Source of the DNA: Squalus acanthias
Lineage: Eukaryota
Direction of reading: 5' to 3'
NCBI GenBank assembly: GCA_030390025.1
Contig: CM059434.1
Location: 85,126,001-85,190,000, forward strand
DNA: 64,000 nt
Below are positions 51,701 to 62,000 of the stretch, one piece after another. Position 1 is the stretch's first letter. The number at the start of each line of letters is the position of its first letter. The notes below the pieces were generated by a model. The model ran no database searches and was not told where the DNA came from. It saw only the letters and a list, made by a program, of their open reading frames with translations. Both the position numbers and the translations under genes were made by a program.

Positions 51701-54700
51701 CTCCCAGAGCCTGCAGGTATCTCCCCTCCCCCTAGACCTACAAGTATCTCCCCTCTTCCCTGAGCCTTCAAGTCCCCCCACTAGCTGTGATTTTGCCATC
51801 GGAGGCGGGATCGCGGTGGGAGAGGTCGTTGGTGGGTCCCGGTCGCGCTCCCGGATCCAGCCGCTCTGCAAAAAGGATTTGACGTTAATTGGGCTTGTTA
51901 AGCCCGTCCTGCCTGTTGCCCGGCCCAATTACAAGGTGCGGGTCAGGTGACGTCACCTGATGACGCGTTCGTTGCCGGTATATTTAAAGGGGCCATGTCC
52001 CCATTTGCTCTCAATTCTGATTTAATGCTCCCGAGTGCTGGTTCAGGCAACAATGACTGCAGATAGACAAAGGGCTGAGCCACGTTTCAATGATGACCCC
52101 CTCCATGTTCTTGTGGAGGGAGTCATAGGATGCAGGGAGGTTCTATTCCCTGGGTATGGAAGAAGGAGACCTCCTCAGCAGACGAAGGCAGCAAATAGCT
52201 GAGGAGGTCAATACAAGGTCTGTGTTTGTTCGCACCTGGGTGCAATGTAGGAAGAGGTTTAATGATCTTCTGCGTTCAGGACAAGTGAGTATAAAAGCAC
52301 ACTTACCTTCATTCTGCTGTGCCTGTCATCACATTCCCATCACTCTGCATTGCTAACCCTACTCCTGCACATCCTAACTCACCCCAACATCCCTTGCACC
52401 ATCACCCATCCCTCTCTCCCTATGTACAGAATCACATCCTCATCTTACTATGCACCACTCACACTCACCCTCATCGTTATGCAATGACAACTAACAACTC
52501 AAAAAAGGAGGCAACTTGGTATTGGCACCCCACTCCATCATAGTCTCCCTCTGAACATCTATCCCATCGATTCTTTACACTCATCCCATCACTCTCACTC
52601 AAACTTCCCTTGTTTCCCTCATTGCAGGAAAAGAGAGCCCACAATAAGGAGAGGGAGAGAACAGGAGGAGGACCGCCATCATTGGCTGTGCTCACCAACG
52701 TGGAGGAGACAGCTCTGGATATTACAGGAGTCGTTGACCAGCCTGAAGTGGGGGACGGAGAGAGGGGATCATTAGAACAACCTGGTGACAGAATTATTTG
52801 CCATACATCTTATTTGGCATTCATGAGTGACTCATATGGGGTCTGATGTCAAGAGAAATTGAATGCTCATCATGTGCACAATGGGATGTGTCTACAATCT
52901 ACATATCACATGTCTAACTCATGTTGTTACTCTCCCACAGGACCATCAAGAGGCCCGCTCACTGTCCAGGAGGAAGAGCAGGAGGACTCCTCAGAGGATC
53001 CTCCAGCCTTTGAGGGAGCAGCGTCAGTAGAAATGAGCGCACCCAGCACCAGTGCAGAGACGCACACCTCGGTGGGGTCCTATGTGAGATAGAGTAGTGT
53101 TGTCACCTGGTGTATCAGAAGTCACAAGTGAGCAAGTTCAGATGGTGGAGACAGGGACAGCAGTGGAGACTCCTCGTCGGAGGCCGCAGGAGTCTCCTAG
53201 CGCTGCTGCGCAGCATGCAGATGCTGAGCCTCGGGGGCCATCAAGGAAGAGGGTGATCCTGGAGCTTCAGGAACAAGTTCAGGAGGCTCTGACAGGGTTT
53301 GCAACTACGGTGACTGAGAGTGTGCAGAGAATGGAGGATTCCATCTCAAATATGAGCAATGCCGTGGTGCACGCACTGGCAACTGTAGGTTCCGCCATGG
53401 AAAGGATGGCAACCTACATGGAGGACATAAATCACCAGACTCAGGAGAACATGGTAACACTTCTAAATAGATGGTCATCTATGGAGGATAGATGGGCATC
53501 TATCGAGGAGAGAAACCAGAGGTTCATGGATGTCCTTGTTGTGAGGAATGTCAGTACAGACATGGGTCCTCATGGCCCCACTGATGTGCAGCAAGGTGCT
53601 TTCCATCTACTTGCTAGCAGAAAAGTGCAGGTGGCCCATGAGAGGGATGATGGAGGGAGGGGACATGGAAGTGGGGGCTCCTCTCCAGGCGATCAAACTT
53701 CCACCCCCTTGCCAACCCCTCGGTCAGAGCCCCAGATGCCTCCCCGGACAGTGATGGCCGAGTCTGCCCCTGCACAGCCGCAGGAGGAGCAGACTTTGGT
53801 GGGGCCCTCACAGGCTCCAAAACCCAGCGGACAACCGCCAAAGGCGTCTAAGCATGCACAGCAGGGAAGTGAGCAGGCTGCCTCTACATCTGCTGAAGCC
53901 ACAGGGGTAGCACCACGTAGAAGCACGCGTAAAAGAAAGATCCCACATAAATAGTCACAAGGGTAGTCACAAGGGTGATTTGCTATAAATGAATGTTAAG
54001 TTTCTGTTCTTTTACTTTGTTGTAATAAATTATTTTTTTCTGAATGTTTGCATTCGTTGCCATATGTGGGCTCACAATTGTAAGTGGCAGAGTGAAGGGT
54101 AAGGGCGCCTTTTGTGTCCAGCAATGGTGGTGACAGTGCAAGGAATGCACAGTTCATTGTAGAGATGCTCTATGGTGTTGAAGTGGAGTGATGCCAACCT
54201 TCATGTGCATGTGGCAGCCACATGTCTTTACTGCATAAAGTTAGGTGAATCTGGCATTGATGAGGCCATCCCTGGCATCACGGGCAGCAATGTACTCGCG
54301 TTCTGGTCGCATTGGGACAGCTGCCTCCTTCAGGTGTTCCTCATGCTGAACCTCATTCTGCTCCTCCTCCTCCGCCGCCGAAGAGACTGTGCGCTCGGTG
54401 CCTTGTGCCTCACCCAGCGCTAATCCTCGTTGCAGTGCGATGCTGTGCAGGGCACAGCAGACAACGACGATTCTCGAGACCCTGGCTGGTGCGTACTGTA
54501 GGGCTCCACCAGGTCTGTCCAGGCATCTGAAGCGCATTTTGAGCAACCAAATTGTTTGCTCTGAGACACTTCTGGTGGAAATGTGGCTTTGATTATAATG
54601 CTCCTCAGACTCGTTTGATGGCCTCCTCAAAGGTGTCATTAGCCATGTCTTCAGGGGATAGCCCTTGTCTCCACGGAGCCAGCCGGAAAGTTGGTTTGGC

Positions 54701-56053
54701 GGTGCAAAGAGCTGAGGGACAGTGGACTGGCGCAGGACGTAAGAGTCATGGCAGCTGCCAGGGAACCTGGCGCACACATGCATGATGCTCTTCCTATGGT
54801 TGCACACCAGCTGCACGTTAAGGGAGTGGAAGCCCTTGTGGTTGACAAATGCTGCTGGGTTCTGATGGGGTGCCCTGATGGCCACATGTGTGCAGTCGAT
54901 GACACCCTGCACCCGTGGGAAGCCAGCCAGATTGACAAAGCCGAGCGCCCGCTCGGTAACACTGGCTTCATCAGTGGAAAAGTGGATGTAATTGGCGGAC
55001 TTGTCAAAGAGGGCATCGGTGACCTGCGTGATGCATCTGTGGGCGGCCGGCTGGGAGATGCCGCTAATGTCTGCTGCTGATCCCTGGAAGAAGCCTGACG
55101 CAAGGGCGGTGGTGACTTTCACAGCCGCTGGTAAGGGGTGTCCACCCGCTCCTCTGGGCTGCAGGTTTTGCTCCAGCAATGTGCAAATGTCTGCGACTAC
55201 CTGTCACGATAGTCTCAGCCTCCTTTGCTGCTGCTCAGTCATGTTGAGGAAGCTCATCCTCGGCCTGTAAACTGTGTTGGGGGTATCTCCTGCGGCGCGG
55301 TGCAGCCCTGCGCTGATGCCCTCTGACCTGTGCAGCATCAGGTGGTTGAAGAGAAGGTTGGCCCTCTTGTTGTTGGTGCTGCTGGTGTGCCTGGTTCTGC
55401 TGCTGCTGTGGCTGATCGTGGTCTGATTCTGAGGACCAGGGTAAGAGAGTATAAATCGTTCCCATTCTGCTGTTATATATGACAGGTGAGGATGAGATGT
55501 TAGAAGCAATCTGTCAATGGGGAGAGAGGTTATTCCAAGGAGGTGACAGTGGATATAGAGTTTACACCACACACTTACAGCCTCAATAAAAATCAAATGT
55601 GTCTTCCAAATCCTGAAATCAGCAACTTTTGACATTGGAAAGTGAACAGATGTGAAAGGTTAGCTTATATACTACATTTACAGCTGGGAACTATTCAGCT
55701 TGATTGAACTCCCATCCTACTTACCTGACGTGATCTCCGAACGATGTGAACCTCGTTAAAAATGTGGTAAAATAGAAATAGGCTGGCAAAATAGTTAACT
55801 AGTGTTTAACTATCTTAAATGCCTCCCCGCTGCTTGGTGTTGGGTCTGTTTTGAAATCGCAGACCCGACACTTTGGAAACTTACATGGAGGCGGTTTCGG
55901 AGTGGGCTCCCAACCCGCTGTCAATCATTTCGATTTTGACAGCGGACTCGCCCTCTGAGTGCAGCCATCGTGTATAAGCTGCATATTTTTCTGTCTCTCC
56001 CAGGCTTTGAGTTGGATTCCAAGGTTCACCAATAGCTTTGGCCAGGGCACAGA

Positions 56054-56084
<31 letters not shown>

Positions 56085-59000
56085 CCATCCGCTTCAGTCA
56101 CTTCGTTAGCTGTGTGGCCAAGCTGCAGAAGCTCAAGAGGACAGGGGTCCGGCTCCGGCTCCGGGTTCCTGTCCTGGCCGTGAAGCTGGCGGCACCTCAA
56201 GCGGGCTTGGCTGCCACCGCCGGCGTCGACATGATCCGGGGCCTTTTCAGGAGGAGGAGGGGGCGCGGTGGGGGGAGTCCGAGCACGCCTCACCCCTTTA
56301 AGAGTTTTAAAGTGAATAAAAATCCAGGCCCACTCCCCCAGCATCAGTTTCAAGTCCCCACCCCCGACTTTCAAAATCGCAGGAAGCATGCGCAGCTTGG
56401 AAGACACTGAAGTTGCTGAATAGAACGTCATGTCATCAAACTGGAAATGGGCAGGCGCGAGAAATTTTAAAGGAAAATCATAATTTTTTTTTTATACAGT
56501 TGCCTCGCGAGATTGCGAGTTGGGGAATTTTTTAAAAATTAAAAATTGTGTGTCTCGCCATTAATTTGCGAGAGTTGGCATTACTGGGGACAATTAATTT
56601 GTTCCTGACTGTTAGTTCAGACTGTCACAGATGTCCGTTTCCTTGCTGGTCTGGGGGGATTATTCTCAAATGGTGGTTTTTTCCCACTGGGGTTGACAAG
56701 ACTATTGTCAAGGTGTCCACTTCCCTGTTGGTCTTGGAAGGATCAATCAGCTGAACTCGCACAATAGCAATTTTCAACGTTCCAAATCTAAACCCAAAGC
56801 ACACGATGATCTTGATGCCTGATTCTACCATGCATAGAGCCTGCCAGTAATGTAAACAGACTTGCACTCAATTCATTGTCTTCCACATAGCTCGATGTTA
56901 ATGAATTGTGCCAGTACAATATTCAATTACCTCATCATTGGGCATATAAAGTTGTGGCCTCTCACCCATATGGCTGACAGTTGGTCAATTAATCAATGCA
57001 GTAAACAGTTCAGACAATTCAAAATTTAGAAACAGCCCAAATAAAGCACAAATTTTATTTAATCATTTATGTGCACTTGTACCCTGCCCATTCCTCTTAG
57101 ATGCAATCATTATACAAATACAAAGGGAGCTTTAATGAAACCATTATGACATAACCTTTTTTGACTTTGGTAGCCTAGCAACAGGTTGCATTATATTATC
57201 TGGCTTTGCTCCAGCTTGCTCTTTTATTGTATTTATTGCGTAATTCAACCCAAGTGCAACATTGCTTACCTGCAGGATCAAGCTGGCTGCTTGGCTGGTG
57301 TTAGCTGGGGGAAGACACAGCAGCTTTATACTATGGACCAACACTCTGTTTCAAAATGAGGAACATGTCACTTTTAGTAATTGCACTAATTAAATGAAGA
57401 TCACATTTTATTTTGCAGGTAGCATTTTAAGTGGATCTACTGTGAACTCTGCCTATACTTACATCATCCATGAGTTATAATGCTTTATAAATCAGACACA
57501 AAGGGCAAATTCAGCCAGGCTCTGCGTCAAGAGTGATGATCTCAATAAAAAGGAGAATGAGTCAGAGATATGTATGTAACACTATAGTCCTGGGTCTCTG
57601 ACTCATGCACCGAGGCCCTGCTCTGGAGTGCAGCCTCACTGAATTTGCCCTGAAGTGTTTGCCTTTTTGACTTTGGCCGGGAATTTCCTCAAAGTTGCTC
57701 CTTACCCGCTGCCGTCTCTTTGGCGGTAATCCGGTTTACACGCGTAAATGGGGTTTTCTAGCGCAGTTAGGATGACAAGTAGGTTACACTTCCAAGGAAA
57801 TTCCTGGCATAGAAGCATAGAAGATAGGAGCAGGAGTAGGCCATTTGGCCCCTCGAGCCTGCTCCGCCATTTAATGAGATCATGGCTGATCATCCAAATT
57901 CAGTACCCTGTCCCTGCTTTCTCCCCATATCCCTTGATCCCTTTAGCCTTAAGAAATATATCTATCTCCTTCTTGAATATATTTAATGAATTGGCCTCAA
58001 CTGCCTTCTGTGGTAGAGAATTCCACAGGTTCACCACTCTCTGGGTGAAGAAATTCCTCCTCATCTCAGTCCTAAATGGCTTACCCCTTATCCTTAGACT
58101 GTGACCCCTGGTTCTGGACTCCCCTGCCATCGGGAACATCCTTCCTGCATCTAGTCTGTCTAGTCCTGTTAGAATTTTATAAGTTTCATTGAGATCCCCT
58201 CTCATTCTTCTAAACTCTAGCGAATATAAGCCTAATCGACCCAATCTCTCTTCATACGTCATTCCTGCCATCCCAGGTATCAGTCTGGTAAATCTTCGCT
58301 GCACTCCCTCCATGGCAAGAACATCCTTCCTCAGATAAGGCGACCAAAACTGCACACAATACTCAAGGTGTGGTCTCACCAAGGCCTTGTACAACTGCAG
58401 CAAGACATCCTTGCTCCTGTACTCGAATCCTCTCATTATGAAGGCCAACATACCATTTGCCTTCTTAACCGCCTGCTGCACCTGCATGCTTACCTTCAGC
58501 GACTGGTGCACAAGGACTCCCAGATCTCGTTGCACTTCCCCTTTTCCCAATCTATTGCCGTTCAGATAATAATCTGTCTTCCTGTTTTTGCCACTAAAGT
58601 GGATAACCTCGCATTTATCCACATTATACTGCATCTGCCATGCATCTGCCCAATCACCCAACCTGTCCAAATCATACTGGAGTTTCTCTGCATCCTCCTC
58701 ACAGCACATACGCCCACCCAGCTTTGTGTCGTCTGCAAACTTAGAGATATTACATCTAGTTCCCTGGTCTAGATCATTAATATATATTGTGAATAGCTGG
58801 GGTCCTAGCACCGATCCCTGTGGTACCCCACTAGTCACTGCCTGCCATTCGGGAAAAGACCCGTTTATTCCAACTCTTTGCTTCCTGTCTGCCAACCAGT
58901 TCGCTATCCAAATCAGTACCTTACCCCCACAATCCCATGTGCTTTAACTTTGCACGCTAATCTCTTATGCGGGACCTTATCGAAAGCCTTCTGAAAGTCC

Positions 59001-62000
59001 AAATACACCACATCCACTGGTTCTCCCTTATCTATTCTACCAGTTACATCCTCAAAAAATTCCAGTAGATTAGTCAGGCATGATTTACCTTTTGTAAAGC
59101 CATGTTGACTTTGTCCGATCCTACCACTGTTTTCCAAGTGCTCTGCTATTACATCTTTTATAATGGACTCTAGCATTTTGCCCACTACCAATGTCAGGCT
59201 TACCGGTCTATAATTCCCCGTTTTTTCTCTACCACCTTTTTTAAATAGTGGGGTTACATTAGCTACCCTCCAATCCTGGCCTGAAAGGGTGGTGGAAGCA
59301 GATTTAATAGTAACTTTCAAAACAGAATTGGATATATCCTTGAAAAGGAAAAAGTTGCAGGTCTATGGGGAAAGAGTAGGGCAGAGTGGGACTAATTAGA
59401 CAGCTCTTTCAAAGAGCACAGAAACGAATGGCCTCCTTCTGTGCTGTATGATTCTATGATATATGTTGTCCTCCCAAGGTGTGGAGTCTTTTCAGATACT
59501 ATCCCTTTCACACTTATGCAAACACAATGGCTTATTTCTTTGTTTCCTCCCATGTAAATTCTATCAGAATATAGTGCAGAATATTTGAAAAAAGAGTCAG
59601 GTTGAAGAAAATAAGAAATAGGAGCAGGAGTAGGCCATTTGGCCCTTCAAGCCTGCTCCGCCATTCAATAAGATCATGGCTCATCTTCTACCTCATCTCC
59701 ACTTTCCTGAACTATCCCCATATCCCTTGATACCATTAATATTCAAAAATCTATTGCGCTCTGTCTTGAATATGCTCAATGACTGAGCCTCCACAGCCCT
59801 TTGGGGTGGAGAATTCCAAAGATTCACCACCCTCTGAGTGAAGAAATGTCTCATCTCAGTCCTAAATGGCCGACCCCTTATTCTGAGACTGTGACCCCTG
59901 GTTCTAGACTCCCTAGCCAGGGGAAACATCCTCCCTGCATCTACCCTGTCAAACCCTGTAAGAATTTTGTATGCATCAATGAGATCACCTCTCATTCTTC
60001 TAAACTCTAGAGAATATAGGCCGAGTCTACTCAATCTGTTCTCATAGGACAATCCCCCCATCCCAGGAACCAGTCTGGTCAACCTTCGTTGCACTCCCTC
60101 TATGGCAAGTATATCCTTCCTTAGGTAAGGAGACCAAAACTGTACACAATACTCCAGGTGTGGTCTCACCAGGGCCCTATATAATTGCAGTAAGATGTCT
60201 TTACTCTTATACTCAAATCCTCTTGTAATAAAGGCCAACATACCATTTGCTCTCCTAACGGTTTGCTGTACCTGCATGTTAACTTTCAGTGATTTGTGTA
60301 CAAGGACACCCAGGTCCCTCTGAACACCAACATTTCACAATCTCTCACCATTTAAAAAATACTCTGCCTTTCTATTTTTCCTACCAAAGTGGATAACTTC
60401 ACATTTCTCCACATTATATTCCATTTGCCATGTTCTTATCCACGCACTTAGCCTGTCTATATCCCCTTGAAGCCTCCTTGCATCCTCCTCACAACTTATA
60501 TTCCCACCCAGCTTTGTATCATCAGCAAACTTGGATATATAACATTTGGTCCTGTCATCCAAATCATTGATGTAGATTGTGAATAGCTGAGGCCCAAGCC
60601 CTGATCTTTGCGGTACCCCACTAGTTACAGACTGCCAACCCGAAAATGACCCGTTTATTCCTACTCTCTGTTTTCTGTCCATTAACCAATCCTCAATCCA
60701 TGCTAGTATATTACCCCCAATCCCATGAGCCCTAATTTTGTTTAATAACCTCTTGTGTGGCACCATTTTGAATGCCTTCTGAAAATCCAAATGCACCACA
60801 TCCACTGGTTCCCCCTTATCTATTCTGCTAGTTACAATCTAACAGATTTGTCAAACACGATTTCCCTTTCATGTTGACAAATCCGTGTTGACTTGCCCAA
60901 TCCTATTATTATTTTCTAAGTGTCCTGTTACCGTGTCCTTAATAATAGATTCTAGCATTTTCCCTACTACTGATGTCAGGCTAACTGGTCTGTAGTTCCC
61001 TGTTTTCTCTCTCTCTCTCCTTTCTTAAATAGTGGGGTTACATTTGCTACCTTCCAATCCATGGGAACTGTTCTAGAATCTATGGAATTTTGGAAAATGA
61101 CAACCAATGCATTCACTATCTCTACAGCCAACTCTTTCAAAACCCTAGGATGTAGGCCATCAGGTCCAGGGGATTTATCAGCTTTCAGTCCCATTAATTT
61201 CTCCAGTACTACTTTTTTACTAATACTAATATCTTTCAGTTCCTCATTCTCGCTCGACCCTTGGTTGTCTACTATTTCCGGGAAGTTTTTTTGCTTCTTC
61301 TTCCGTGAAGACAGACACAAAGTATTTGTTTAATTTCTCTGCCATTTCCTTATTCCCCATTATAATTTCTCCTGTCTCAGCCTGTAAGGGACCGACATTT
61401 ACTTTCACTAATCTTTTCCTTTTTACATACCTATAGAAGCTTTTACAGTCTGTTTTTATGTCTCTCGCGAGCTTACTCTCATATTCTATTTTCCCTTTCT
61501 TTATGAATTTCTTGGTCCTCCTTTGCTGAATTCCAAAATCCTCCCAATCCTCAGGCTTACTACTCTTTTTGGCAGCATTATAAGCCTCTTCCTTTGATCT
61601 AATACTATCTTTAACTTCTCTTGTTAGCCATGGTTGGACCACTTTTCCTGTGGGGTTTTTGTGCCTGCAAGGAATGTATATTTGTTGTAAATTATGTATT
61701 AATTAATTAAATGTTAGCCATTGCTCGTCCACTGTCATACCTTTTAATGTAGTTTCCCAAGCTACCTTAGCCAACTCGCCCCTCATACCTATGGAGTTTT
61801 CTTTGTTTAGATTTAAGACCCTAGTTTCGGATTTAACCAAGTCACTTTCAAACCCAATATAAAATTCTATCATATTATGGTCACTCTTCGCTAAAGGCCC
61901 CATTACTACAAGGTTATTAATTAACCCTTTCCCGTTGTACAATACTAGATCTAAAATAGCCTGTTCCCTAGTTGGTTCCTCAACATACTGATCTAGAAAA

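Larger units (their letters stand above)
51783..55953. mobile_element. Harbinger/PIF DNA transposon with convergent Myb/SANT and transposase genes
   Basis: Two-gene tail-to-tail layout. The left terminus gctgtgattttgcc resembles the TIR of the 38751 MITE; the right terminus is unresolved. Confidence 0.85.
51044..56586. mobile_element. Outer TIR element (hAT-like termini) hosting nested insertions
   Basis: Perfect 15-bp inverted termini CAGTAATGCCAACTC and GAGTTGGCATTACTG. Subterminal atcatgag (left) and tcgcgag/tgcgag (right) motifs. No convincing TSD. Confidence 0.65.

Noticed and set aside
54241-55179. Domesticated HARBI1 host gene
   Set aside because: It has an upstream stop and frameshift, is paired with a Myb gene in transposon layout, and is nested among other TEs in an intron.
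58913-59320. 135-aa ORF with a novel N-terminus, or a twin-priming inversion
   Set aside because: It is a chance read-through across the junction of two oppositely oriented CR1 fragments with different 3' tails.
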